Part shown: positions 51,295 to 64,000 of the stretch, in pieces | Layout: each line of letters opens with the position of its first letter | Numbering within the stretch: the first letter of the stretch is position 1 | Assembly (NCBI GenBank): GCA_964016885.1 | Contig: OZ024742.1 | Location: forward strand, 323,330,001-323,394,000 | Direction of reading: 5' to 3' | Source of the DNA: Eledone cirrhosa | Lineage: Eukaryota | Length of the DNA: 64,000 bases | Notes under the pieces: generated by a model | What the model was told of the DNA's origin: nothing | Seen by the model: the letters and a program-made list of their open reading frames with translations, nothing else | Database searches by the model: none | Position numbers and translations under genes: made by a program

Positions 51295-52278
51295 ATGAGC
51301 AGTTTGTTATCTGAAGAGAAATCTATTCCCACAGAGCAAACATCCTATCTGTGTGAAATCTGTGGTCAATCATTCTCTGATGAAAGCCAAGAAGACCTGC
51401 ACAGATGTATTGATATACAAGACAAGTCATATGTTTGTGAAATTTGTAGTCAGTCATTCTCTCAAAGAGATCTTTTAACATCGCATAAACGGATTCATGC
51501 AGGAGAGAAGCCATATCACTGTGACATTTGTAGTAAATCATTCTCTAAAAGAAATCATTTCAATGAACACTTACAAAATCATACAGGAGAGAGGCCATAT
51601 CACTGTGATGTCTGTGGTAAATCATTCTTTCAAAAAAGTCACGTAACCATGCACAAACATACTCACACAGGGGAGAAGCCACATCACTGTGATATTTGTG
51701 GTAAATCATATTCTCAAAGTTGCAGCTTAATTATACACAAACGTGTTCATACAGGAGAGAGACCATATCACTGTGATATCTGTGGGAAATCATTCTCTCG
51801 GAGTAGCAACCTAACTTCACACAAAAATATTCATGCAGAAGAAAAGCCATATCACTGTGATATCTGTGGTGAATCATTCTCATACAGTCATATCTTAACT
51901 ACACACATACGTATTCATACAGGAGAGAAACCATATCAATGTGATATCTGTGGAAAATCATTCACTGAAAGAAGTCACTTAACAAACCATTTACGTATTC
52001 ATACTGGAGAGAAACCATATCAATGTGATATATGTGATAAGTCATTTTCTCAAAAAGGTCATTTAACTACACACCACCTTGTTCATACTGGAGAGAAGCC
52101 ATATAGCTGTGATATCTGTGGTAAATCATTCACTGGTAGAAGCCAAGTTACTCGACATAAACGTACTCATACTGGAGAAAAGCCATATAACTGTGATACA
52201 TGCGATAAATCATTTTCCGAAAGAAGTCAGTTAACAAAACATCAACGCACACATTCAGGAGAAAAAACACTCTCATGA
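51295..52278 (+). CDS. C2H2 zinc-finger protein, 327 aa, 10 intact fingers plus one atypical finger (ZNF-C)
   Basis: Open ORF of tandem fingers; acceptor ttctttatttcag ending at 50699; first-exon donor GTAAGT at 49175. Confidence 0.9.
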   Translation: MSSLLSEEKSIPTEQTSYLCEICGQSFSDESQEDLHRCIDIQDKSYVCEICSQSFSQRDLLTSHKRIHAGEKPYHCDICSKSFSKRNHFNEHLQNHTGERPYHCDVCGKSFFQKSHVTMHKHTHTGEKPHHCDICGKSYSQSCSLIIHKRVHTGERPYHCDICGKSFSRSSNLTSHKNIHAEEKPYHCDICGESFSYSHILTTHIRIHTGEKPYQCDICGKSFTERSHLTNHLRIHTGEKPYQCDICDKSFSQKGHLTTHHLVHTGEKPYSCDICGKSFTGRSQVTRHKRTHTGEKPYNCDTCDKSFSERSQLTKHQRTHSGEKTLS

Positions 52279-52334
52279 TATCTAGGCTGCACCATTACTG
52301 AAGATCTTTTTTCACAATCACATATAGCAATGAC

Positions 52335-52690
52335 TGCATGTTCAGGACCAGAAAATACTTCAGACCTCCAAAACCTACTAACCCTTTACAAAGCTCAAGT
52401 AAAACCTACAATGGTGTCCTGCTCCCACATGGTGTTGTTGCTATACATACAAATACCCTGGACTGTATCCAAGAAAAATCAATTGCTAACTCACTCAATC
52501 CTCTAACCCACAGACACTTTGTCTCTTTGCTTTGCTATAGCTACTACAGTGGTCTCATGCCCCCTTCACTCACGCACTCATAACTCACCTCTCAAGCAAT
52601 CAACACTCCTCTCCTCGCCACTCACTCACATTCCCTCCTCTTATCAATTACATCTATCCTCTTCTCATCACTCATATTCTGTCCTCTCCC
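52335..52690 (+). mobile_element. Degenerate CR1/Jockey-group RT C-terminal fragment in the ZNF-C 3' region
   Basis: FRTRKYF..LLTLYKAQVKPTM..CSH read across a frameshift. Confidence 0.55.
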
Positions 52691-53619
52691 CTGTGGGGAA
52701 ATATTATAAGAAAAAAAGAACATTTTGCTCTGTATATTTAAAGATAATTCTTTTGCTGAGCTCAACTATGTTTAATCTTTTATAATTGGTTAAACTGACA
52801 CATGTGATAAAAATAATTAGATCTATATGACAATGTAATCATTGAAAATCAAATAAATCCGTAACTGATTATTTTGTATCGCTTTTTCTAGAACATGATT
52901 TTTCATTTGTTCTGAGTATTCTAATTTTGTTAGTGTTATGACCAACAACAAGGTTTTCTGTTGTTCACACCTCTGTATATATTGTTGGTAGAGAGGATAC
53001 TTTACATTTTAAATTACTTCTGAATGGAATCTATATATAAGATATAAAGCACCAAGTCCACACTGTAAAGTGGTTGTGTAGGTGCCATGACAAAAAGCAC
53101 CCAGCACTCATTGTAAATGAGGTTGGTGCTAGGAAGGGCATCTAGCTGTAGAAATGAAGCCAAAATCGGTTCTATATGAGCATGACATGGTCACCTGATG
53201 TAGCATTGCTCACAACAGGATAACTCATCTAACCCATGCCAGTGTGGAAAAATTGACATTAAACAGTGATGATAGTAATGATATTAGTCTCCATTTATTG
53301 CAAACAGCTGTAGTTAATAACCTGGAGTAAGAATAAAAATGGTTGAGTTTACTCAACCCACATTTGCCCAGCATAGACAAGTAGACCTAAAACAAAAAAG
53401 AAGTTGCTGCGGTTTCATCCAGCTGTGAATTGGTGATGGGTAAGAAGAGAGAAACATAGGTTATTGTCCTATCTTCATATGTAAAATACATCTGACCATA
53501 GCTGTTACTGATAGAACCAGAAACTGGAAATTTCACAAAGCTAATGATAAAAGTCGCACATTCTTCAAAACTAACTTGTAGAATGTGTATTGTAGTCTAT
53601 TGTGATTAAGTGGCATTAT

Positions 53620-54830
53620 GCTAAAGTTCTAGTATGTAGGAAGGAAAATAGGGCACTGGTCCCCTCTGGGAAATGGCCATGCTCAGTGTGTAGGAAAGGA
53701 GTAGGCAGAAACTCCATTTTATGTCCCAAATGCAAAGTATGGGTGCATAAAAGATATAGTGGGATCACAGGTAAACTAACTAAGAACAGATTGTATATGT
53801 GGCCGGTGCTCTGGTGCAATAAGTAGTAACAAGTGCCCACAGGATACTAGCTCCTTCCATTGCCCAGATGGTTCTATAGAAATAGTGGACACCTTCCATT
53901 ACCTGGGTGACAAAATCAGCAGTGGGGGAGGGTGCTCTGAAAGTACAGTAGCTAGAGTCAGAACAGGATGGAAAAAGTTCAGAGAGCTTATACCACTATT
54001 AGCCGCTAAAGGGTTCTCCCTAAAAATGAAAGGCAGACTGTATGATGCCTGCATACGAACAGCAATGTTACATGGCAGTGAGACATGGGCATTGTGTGCA
54101 GAGGATCTGCGCAGACTGGAGAGGAATGAAGCTTGCATACTCCGTTGGATGTGTAATAGTAATATACATGAACGGCAAAGCTTAAATGAACTAAGTGAGA
54201 AATTAGGAATAAGAGGGATCAGATGCTGTTTACTCGAGAGAAGACTATGTTGGTATGGTCACGTGATGCGCATGAAAGACGGCAGCTGTATAAAAAAGTG
54301 CAGGGCAATCAAAATAGATGGAAGCTACGGAATAGGCAGACCCAGAAAAATCTGGGACGATTTGATAAATTCCGACCTGACACACTTACACCTCTCCAAG
54401 ACAAATGTCACTGGACCGAGATCTTTGGCATACGCAGTAATACAGAATACCCGCCTTGCCTAAGTACAAAGCGAAACCTACACTCAGTAGGCATCCCCTA
54501 ACCAAAAATACACTCCCCATCCCACTACCCCCACCCCCATCTACACCACCACTTTCTCTGTAAAGTTATATTGGTACCACAACATCCAGTCCTAAATAAA
54601 TGAGGTCGTGTAGGCGACAAAAAACACAGTCCACGCTGTAATGTAGGTAACACGGTAAAAACCTTCTGGTCCACACTGTAAACGTGGTTGGTGTTAGGAA
54701 GGGCATCCAGCCGTAGAAAAACCGCCAGACAGTCCTATACGAGCAAGACAACCAATCTTGCCTCACGTGGGACAATTCCCATCTAAACCCATGCTAGAAG
54801 TTAGACGTTAAACGATGATGATGATGATGA
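53620..54830 (+). mobile_element. 5'-truncated RTE LINE (PHD-like finger, thumb, 3'UTR, (GAT)n tail)
   Basis: WPCSVCRKGVGRNSILCPKC; DTFHYLGDKIS..GSETWAL..WYGHVMRM; tail gatgatgatgatga at ~54815-54830. Confidence 0.88.
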
Positions 54831-57061
54831 GGGTACAAATCTCGACTAAAGCTTATTGTTTGACCTGCTAAAAGTAGCAGCCAAAACCCTTGTAAGTTAC
54901 ACTGTACCAACTTAAAAGCACATATATATTGAATAAGGTAGTCATAGATAAACTGAAAAAAGGCAGTATGAGTATGTATAAAATGCCTTTGATCATAGGC
55001 AGAGTCAGTGCTTGGTTATCTATACTAGCCCTACAAGGTGTACCCCATTCTCCCAAATAATTTTAATTTACAGTTTGGTCAGCTGATAAACCTAGATTTT
55101 GACACTTCTTGCTCTCACCATACTAAGAAAATTAAGCCTGCATTTTATACTACACAGTCCACACTTACCCTTAAATCATATAACAGCTTACAACCCTTTA
55201 TATATTTTCATCATATGACAAAGATGTTTAGCAATTTATTTATTGATTGCATGAAATTATATCTTTAAGCTAATTATACAAATTTGTATAATACATTGAT
55301 CCTTTAAGGTTCAGTAATGTTTCTCTCTGGGGTATGCACCCTTGGCAGCTACCTAGTTAGCCTTAATTGTAGCACTGGACCTGATCATAGGTATACTCGA
55401 TCACAATCAACCTGAGTTTAAACACCTACAGCATGAAGTTTATTCCACGAACAATAATTAATACAATCAGAGAACTAAATGCAGAACATTTAACTGCCTG
55501 CTACTCTCTTTAAAAACCTATTTCATTTTAAATATTAATCCTTAAAGAACAGGAGTAACCTCCTCTGATATTAGTGTCACTCACACCGTCTAAAAAGAAA
55601 GTGTTAATTTCCAAATGGTTTTGAGTGTGTGTATGACTAACTGTGATTGATAAAGTCCAATATCGGCCCACTGTAGGAATGTAGCTGTCGAGCATGCACC
55701 CTACCTGGTTGCACCTACAAACCCACAATGCAGGGCACTGTCATGTGTGTGGTATACAGGAGCCACCGTTGCAGCATTCACATTGATTGATAGACTCCTC
55801 CATATCAATTCTCTATTTATATTATGCTTTAGCCCAGAAGTTGATTACTAAATCTTTATTGTTTTTTTACACCTGACGACATCACCAAATGCCTTGCATC
55901 ATATAATGATGTAACCTTCCACCCATAGAAATACGTATTGTATTTTTATGAAACATTAAATGAATATAATAGAATCTGGCCTCCTTTTTTCATTGAAGTA
56001 TTTAACTCAATTCCTGCTCCAACCACAGGATATGAAATCTATGATGGATGTTATGCACAACGTTGAATTCTTTTGCTTACTGCATCACAATCTGCTAATG
56101 GGAATGACAAGTTCTACCCATTAGTTAAACCACCCATCATAAACAGAATATCTATCTATATATATATATATATAGACACACACAGATAGATAGAAAGATA
56201 GACAGACAACATAATTGACTGAGACCATAATATTTAGAATCTATATTAATATAGATTCTAAATAAAACTTGTATAAATGAGAAATGATTTTGTGGGATCA
56301 GAGCATTCATGTGGCAGGACAAAAACCCAATACAATTGTTATTATCAAAATTGAGAAGTAAAAGCTGTTCAGATAAATTTTTGCTATTACAGTTTATCTG
56401 TATAAAAATATTGTTGATACAGATATATTCTTGGTGTTTGTATACTGCAATAGTTTGGAAGATCTGAATATATAAATTTAAGATTTAGTTTTTCAATATT
56501 AAGATGGCATTCATATAATATAACTGCTGACCGAATTGATGAAAACTTATCTTTGGAACTTAGTAGTAGACATCATTATTTTTTAGTCAAATTTCATTTT
56601 TTTTATAAATTTCAAATCAATATTAAATTTATCTCTAATATATTTAATTGTTTCTTTATTTCAGGTTAACAGGTGATATGGACATGAAGATTTTTCACTT
56701 TTGATTCATCAACATATTTACCATAATGAATAATACATTTAACTTTGTTCAGATAAATCCTAGGTTAAATTCATCATCAGCAGCAGTAATATTTTTATGT
56801 TCATTTCTCCAAACTGACAGAAATTTGTTTTGTGTTGTGTGATGGCAATAGGAAGTCTTGAAGAAAAAATGGTATAAGTCCCAGGTTAAAATATGAAAAA
56901 GAAATACAATATTGATTTCTGTGATCTGATATTAAAAATGACTGAAAAAATTCATATATCTGTAGTGAGTACCAATAGCATGTCATTCACCATATAAAAT
57001 CCATTTATCCTCAGTGGATCAATGCTTCAGAATTCCAATATTTGTGGTAAAACATTCCACT

Positions 57062-58333
57062 ATGAGTAGTTCATTATCTGAACACACACTTCTTCAAACA
57101 GGAGAGAAATTTCTCTGTGAAATCTGTGGTAAATCTTTTTCTCAAATAAGTCACTTAACTAGGCACAAAAATACATTCATACAAGAGAGAGGGCATATGA
57201 CTAATATATGTCATAAATCTTTCACAGGTTCAAGCCAAATAAACCAACATAAACGTGGTCATACTGGAGAGAAACAAAATAAATGTAATATTAGTGGTAA
57301 ATCATTTACTCAAAGAAGTCCTTATACATATAGGAAAAAATGTATTTCACTGATGTCTGTGGAAAAAAATTCTCTCAAAGTAACTTAACTAGACATAAAT
57401 ATATCCATACAGGGAAGAAACCATACCACTGTGATATCTGTGATAAAGGATTCACTGATAAAAGTCAGTTAACCCAACACAAACGTATTTATACTGGAGA
57501 GATGCCATATCAGTGTGATGTCTGTAGTAAATCCTTCTATCTGAAATGTCACTTAAATGTACATAAATATATACATGCAGGAGAGAAGCCATATAACTGT
57601 GATACTTGTAAATAATTTTCTCGAAAATGTCACTTAAATACACACATGCATATACATATAGGAAAGAAGCCATATCACTGTGATATGTGGTAAATCCTTC
57701 ACTGAAACACATCAAATAACCAAACATAAATGAGTTCATACTGGAGAAAAGCCATATCTGTGCGATATCTGTAATAAATCATTCTCCCGGAAAAGTAACC
57801 TGACTGCACACAAATTTGTTCATGGAGGAGAAAGGCCATATCGCTGTGATATCTGTGGAGAATCATTCACTCAGAGATATATCTTAACTCTACATGTACG
57901 TATTCACACAGGAGAGAAACCATATAAATGCAATACCTGTGGTAAATCATTCTCTGAAAGAAATAACTTAAGTAAACATGTTCGTATTCATCATCATCAT
58001 CATCTTCGTTTAACGTCCATTTTCCACGCAGACATGGGTTAGATGGTGAGAAACCATACCAGGTGAGAAACCATACCAGTGTGATATATGTTATAAATCA
58101 TTTTCTCAGAGCGGTCATTTAACAATACATCTACATATTCATACACGAGTGAAACCATATAGCTGTGATATTTGTGGTAAATCATTCTCAGAAAGAAATC
58201 ATGTAACCAGACACAAAAAAATTCATACAGGAGAGAAGCCACATCACTGTGATATCTGTGGTAAATCTTTCTGTTACATGTATCTGGTAACCAAACACAA
58301 GCATGTCCACACAGTGGATGAACCCACTCACTA
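57062..58333 (+). pseudogene. C2H2 zinc-finger pseudogene (ZNF-D), paralogue of ZNF-C
   Basis: Finger motifs split over several frames (ORFs 57014-57388, 57340-57615, 58149-58334), in-frame stops, retroelement tail inserted at ~57989-58044; start context atgagtagttcattatctgaa resembles ZNF-C atgagcagtttgttatctgaa. Confidence 0.88.
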
Positions 58334-58790
58334 ATATTTATTGATAAATCATTCTCCAAAATGTTTTCTTTTGATACCAACTTTCCCAAAATTATGTTTC
58401 TATGAAACAAAACTATCCATTTTAAAGAGTTTTTATTGTAGTCAATCTTTCTTGATCCTTTTTCAAGAAGAACTCTACTAAGTTTGTGGAATCCTCGTAT
58501 GCATTACACCTCGATCATGATGGCTCTGTAAGCAGAACTTTCACTGTGTAAACTTTAAAAGTGGAGCATTTTTATTCACAGTTATTAAGTAATGAGAATA
58601 TTTTTTATTTCAGATTACATCTAAATGTGATTTATACATAACATAATTTATTGAACTCCATTGAATGCAAAAATAGCTTAATTTAATTGCATGAAATCTG
58701 AATAAAGATGATTTATTATTAAATTGTTGTTTGTTCGTTTCATGTGTATAAAGGTGTACTTGGATTCATATACAGTATATTTGTGTTTAA

Positions 58791-59008
58791 CCATTTAGCA
58801 TTTAAATTACTCTATATTTACTATTATATGTTCATGGTAAAGGCTTTAGCTCACATAATTATCTCAGATAATATCGAATCTATGAGATTTTATTATTTAT
58901 TTTGAGAACAATGCCTTAACATCAATATGAACAGCCAGTTACAGTCGGTTTAAACAGAAAGAGGTGAGAGAATTCTGACTGGATACAGCCGGTTTAAATG
59001 CTAAAGGG
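58791..59008. mobile_element. piggyBac-type MITE
   Basis: TTAA flanks; TIR CCMTTTAGCATTTAAA (15/16). Confidence 0.75.
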
Positions 59009-59234
59009 TTAATAAATACATTTAGTTTTGTTATGATCACATCACATCTACCTCAGTACTGGTCTAAAATTGGTGCCAATACCAAGGTAGCTGTAAGATG
59101 ATATCACAGTGAGACTAAATTCTCATCATCATTTAATGCCTGTTTTCCCTGCTAACAAGGGTTGGATGGGTCTTCACAGTCAGCAATCAAGCAGATCTAC
59201 TGACCTCTTATACATAAATACATAAACATATTCG

Positions 59235-59930
59235 ATATGCAGAAAAAAAACTCTATACGATGTACACAATGCAAATCTTGGGTACAAAAGAGGTGTAGTG
59301 GGATAGCAGGCAGACTAACCAGAGAGTAAGATTTTGTAAGTAATAGATGCACAGGGGTAATTGATACTAAGAGCATCAGTGATATGTATCTTTTCCAATC
59401 ATATGAAGGATCCATAGAAGTGGTTGATAGCTACTGCTACCTAGGTGATGTAATTAGCAGTGGAGGAGGGATGCTCTGAGAGCATAGTAGATAGAATAAG
59501 GATAGGATGGAAGAATTTTAGAGAGTTACTCTGTCTAACAACAAAAGGTTTCTCCCTACAAACAAAAGGATGTAAGCATGCTTTGAAGGATGTGCAATGT
59601 TAACGTGAGAGTAAGGTAGAACTTGGAGGAACTGGGAGAAAAGCTAAGTAAGAGGATTCAGATGTAGTGTGCAAAAAGGAGTACTACGATGGTAATGACA
59701 TGTGATGTGCATGGATGATGATTGCTGGGTGAAGATGTGCCAAGAAATCCCAGTAGAAGGAAGCTGCAAGAGAGGCAGACCAAGATAGACCTGGCAGAAT
59801 TGGTGAGAGCTCATCTCAAATCACTGAAACTCACAGGGAAGATGACGAAGGTGCGCAATGAGCAGAGAGATGCTGTGTTGAAAAGGACCCAGCCAACCCA
59901 GGAAAAGCAGATGTAAAAACAATGACATTG
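59235..59930 (+). mobile_element. Old degenerate RTE fragment
   Basis: Recognisable nucleotide similarity to the RTE PHD/thumb/3' region (gctacctaggtga..gcagtggaggagg, gatgctgtgttgaaaaggac). Confidence 0.6.
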
Positions 59931-60872
59931 ATACTGTGGAATTGATCTCTATTATTTTCATCTATAAGGATTTGACTGACATACGTACCCTTAATGTAAT
60001 TCTCAGGGAGATTCAGCAAAACAGTGTGACAAGGCTGGTCTTTATAATTACAGGTTCAGTCCATCTGACTGGCTTCCAAACACTTTCCTTCTACCTAATT
60101 TCATTGACAAGGCATGGGTCAACCCAAGCAATGATAAAAGACACTTGCCTAAGATTTCAAGCAGTAGGATCGAACCCAGGACTTAATGATTGCAAAAGGA
60201 ACTTCTTAACCCTTTGGCTAAAATATACTGTATATGGATCCATTTAAGCTACTACTAATTTTATATGTAGGACATCTAACTTGAAACTGTAATCAGTTAT
60301 GCATTTCCTCCTAGCTGATTTTATACACTTTACTTTGAAGCTATATAAATTGTCACACACTGGGGTCGATTTAATCGATTTTCCCCTCCCCAAAATTGCT
60401 GGCCTTGTGCCTATAGTAGAAATCCTTACACTACAGCAATGTCCCTTTATGATACTTTTAGGTACAATTGGTCTCACCCATGGATTGACGGCCGTGATTC
60501 GTGAATAAGGAAGGATACCAGAAATATAATTGGAATGATAAATACTTCCATTATGGAAATGTGAAGATGAAATTTTAAAAAATAAACAAATATTTTCATT
60601 CTTTAACTCTTGATTATATCTCTATCTTTCCATACTTTAGATTTATGACTGTCAATCCAAGGGACCAGTTATCAGCTAGTTGTGCCTAACTTTATACGTC
60701 AGTGTTAACTTATCACAGTGAGCCTTAAAAATCTCCATAGGAATTATTATGGTCCCAGTGCTTAATGAGGCCATCTTATTTCAATAAGCATAGGAAGCTA
60801 TTCTGGACATGTTTCAGTCTTATTCTGAAAAGCATAATCATGACTTTTTTTTCTAATCATTATTACTGAATA

Positions 60873-61062
60873 GGGCGGTGGATTGGCAGTATCGGTAGAG
60901 GGTCGAACGCCATGCTTTGCAGCAGAGTTACGGCCCTTTATGGTCTGAGTTCAAATCCCGCCGAGGTTTACTTTGCCTTTCACCTTACGAGGTCGATAAA
61001 ATAGAGTACTAGTAATGCACTGGGATAATTGTCGGCCTTGTGCCAAAAGTAGAAATAATTAT
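60873..61062 (+). mobile_element. Family-1 SINE
   Basis: Full length; TSD attattactg. Confidence 0.88.
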
Positions 61063-61554
61063 TACTGCTTAGAGCAGGGTATAAAATGTCATGAACATAT
61101 TTCATTTGGCATTTGAGTAGGTCCATGATCGCTTTTCTATGCCAATTACTTCACACGAGAGGCCAGCATATTAGGGAACGGATATACTATCTACTGGTTG
61201 CAACTCCTGCTAGAAGTGTTGCCCCTTTTTCGTGACAGGGGGTGGGATTTGAACTAAGAACGTACTGAGCCGAGGCACTCACCGTATTATTCTTTTTAAG
61301 AATCCTGCAACCCTTTCCTTCATGGAGTGGTATTTTATTTATCGACCTCGAAAGAAAGTTGTATTTGCTGAAATAGAATCACTAAATACGCAATATCTTT
61401 GATCATAGATCTGGCGGTCCGAGATGACTTAAAGCTAAATAACTTCAACAAAAGCTTTGCAGACAGGAAGCTTAACACGAAACCTTAAACGTCTCATTTT
61501 TAATCCGAAATTAAAGAAAAAGAGGAACCTGTTTTTATCTTTCACAAGCAAACA

Positions 61555-61928
61555 AAGAGTTAGCCCCCCTGATAGGCTTGCATAGATGTTTAGTCCCAGA
61601 TGAACCCTGGTTAAGCAACCCTACGATCAAAATCATCCCGACTTTTTCCGATGTGCAAGGAACTCAAGAGCACATTATCCAACGTGTCCTTTTTTTAATG
61701 CGCCGCCGGTATTACATAATGTAAATTTACATGCATATTTCTCGTTCGTTCGTGTATTGAGGTTTGTAGTGAGTATATTGGCAGGCTGTGTTTATATATG
61801 ATTCTGTAGCTGGAAGTAAATTCAAGATCAGGAAGTTGTGTGTGGAGACGATTAGTTTGTTCCTGTCAATATAAGGACATCTTCCAGATTTCACATTCTG
61901 TCTATGTTAATATGTAAGTATTATTAAT
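61555..61928 (+). promoter_or_regulatory. Putative promoter motif and non-coding first exon of a further ZNF gene whose coding exon would lie beyond the window
   Basis: AGTTAGCCCCCCTG at ~61558; exon paralogous to 49070-49190; donor GTAAGT at 61914; possible acceptor ttatttttacag at ~63958. Confidence 0.5.
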
Positions 61929-62884
61929 ATATCAATATTTATAGTCTCAGCTATTTTAACTACGTTTGTCTGTTTCTAGAAATATTTTTCTTTAAAAATA
62001 CATGATAGAGAAATACAGCTGTTCTTGTGTCCACAACAGTATCAATTACAAAGCTTGGCTAGATGTGGTTCCGCCACAGCTGAACGTATTGCTGAATATA
62101 GCTGTGAGTCTATATGATTATAAGATTGATGTTTGGATTCATTAGTTAGGCCTATACTAAAGTTGTATTAATGAGTTTTAATAAAAAGAATGTGTTTCAA
62201 TTTATTTATGCCTGTTTAAATATAGAGAGCGGCGAATTGGTAAAGTCGTTAGAATGTTGGATAGAATTATTTGCAGTATTCGTTCTGACTGCGTTCAAAT
62301 CCCGCCAAGGTCGATAAAAATGTACCAGTCTAATACTTGGCTCGATTCTTCCTCTCCTTCTCTGGGAGAAATCGACTGTGATCAGATCTGGAGAAGAGAT
62401 CTCCTCCGCCAGGTTTTAAAAATGACCAAGAAACGCCGTATATCAAGAAGACTTGACCAGAAGTTACGGGTCCATACATACATATATTTATAGAGAGAGA
62501 TTTGTAAAACTATTAAAGCACCAGACTGTAGTTTAGTTTGATAAATGATACATTCAAGCATGGTAAGTTCTGAAGCGCATATTTGACCACTGTAGCTCGA
62601 TTAGTTTGGCCTGCACGTTGCTATAGATTAGCCTCTTGATATGGATGACAATGAAACTGAAATGCACCTCGTAATGATTTATTTTTGTATTAATTTTTTG
62701 CAAACTTTTCTTTAGCCGTTACTATTTCTTTTCAATATGGATGGAGATGTTTTGCAAAGTTCTAAACAGGAGTATCATGAGCGTAAACACATCCTGCACT
62801 TCGATTATGATTGTCGGTAAATTTATAGAATACCCCTCTCGAATTCAGCTGGAAATAATTATTTCCTCTCTCTTTTTTTTTTCG

Positions 62885-63170
62885 TGTGCTATCAACTAAT
62901 CTGGCCTCCGACATGCCGTAAAGTTTTTTTTTCCTCGGGAATGGATTTACCTCACTCCTCCACCGAAGTTTTCTTTACCATTTAAAAAGAAATGTACGTG
63001 TGTTATCAATGAATCTGACATCCAAACCAGGTGGGAACGACTAGTTTTGTAGAAAAGGGGCAGGGAAAACCATCGGAGCTTCATAGATCTACACTCCTCT
63101 CGTGTTTGGTGGGAAATAGTTTTTTTTCGCTTGTTATCGATGAATCTGACCTCCAAAAACACTAACACTT
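62885..63170 (+). mobile_element. Fragment related to the internal repeats of the 5.5-7.3 kb Helitron, opposite orientation
   Basis: atcaactaatctggcctccgacatgc is close to the reverse complement of gcatgtcggaggtcagattagttga; two more degenerate copies (gaatctgac.tccaa). Confidence 0.55.
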
Positions 63171-64000
63171 CCTACATTTGTTGTGAGGTACGGTTAAATA
63201 AAAAACAAATAATATAACACGTAAAAAAAAATGATAAAGAAAACCGATTGTAAATAAGAGTACACCTCTACCCTGAAAGAAGACACTGCTAGCTCATTCT
63301 GAATTGTTAAATTACAGTTCTGAAGATGAAACATCAACCATATCACTACAATAGTGACAATAACTGTCAGCTGACCTTACCTTTAAATTGAACTAGTTAT
63401 AAAGCTCAACATTGTCTTGTTCAAATAAACCGGGGGGGGGGGGGGTAGTAGATCATAATCTCCCCTTCCCCTCCATTTTCTGGGGAAAAAGTCCTTTGCA
63501 GTATGTTCAGATGTAATTTTAGTTAATAGCATATGAAAAAAGCAATGTAAAATAATTATTTCCCAATGAAATCATATAATAATTGTTTCTCCTTTTGGAA
63601 CAAGGCCAGCAATTACTCCAAGTGCATTAGTGGTGCTTTATTTCATCGACCCCGTAAGGATGAAAGGCAAATTTTGGATTGTCATACAAACCCCAACCAT
63701 TGAATACTTTCTGGCTTCTTGATATTCACTTTCTTTTTATAATCGATTCTCATTTCCTTTCAGTTTTATTTTATTGCCTTGATTATGTCTCCAATATCCT
63801 TTCACACTTACAAATCATGAACATTGGTTTTTGGGACCCAGTGTTAGTCAGTTGTTCCGAATATATTTAGATATTAATTATACTTCTGGGTATAATTAAT
63901 GAACTCTAGTTCCATCAATTGACTATCATTAGTCTTTTTATAGTTCTTATTTTTACAGTGCAGATTTCACCAGCCTTTTGTAATGTTCCATCTCAGAAGG

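Noticed and set aside
62254-62493. 79-aa ORF as a possible host exon
   Set aside because: Begins within a SINE remnant; no recognisable domain or splice support

Overview
AT-rich, repeat-dense animal genomic DNA. The finger style ([17 protein letters not shown]), the tRNA-SINEs and the RTE LINEs suggest a coleoid cephalopod such as octopus; this is inference. The host content is a C2H2 zinc-finger gene cluster: three intact finger-only ORFs, each in a single coding exon (2791-4617 minus, 42161-43681 plus, 51295-52278 plus), and one pseudogene (~57.0-58.3 kb). The copies share paralogous non-coding first exons, a promoter motif and splice-acceptor blocks. The ~29 kb between the two divergent ZNF promoters is nested transposon debris: a decayed Helitron/Helentron whose PIF1 helicase runs in frame into a USP (peptidase C19) deubiquitinase domain, a Penelope-like element (RT plus GIY-YIG) with a variant hammerhead fold, a non-coding ~1-kb element with a canonical type I hammerhead ribozyme, a 615-bp tandem array inside (TA)n, a full-length RTE LINE with a PHD-type finger inside its RT, CR1 and CRE fragments, a deleted Tc1, and many SINEs and MITEs. 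All calls were made by eye; no database searches or folding programs were run.
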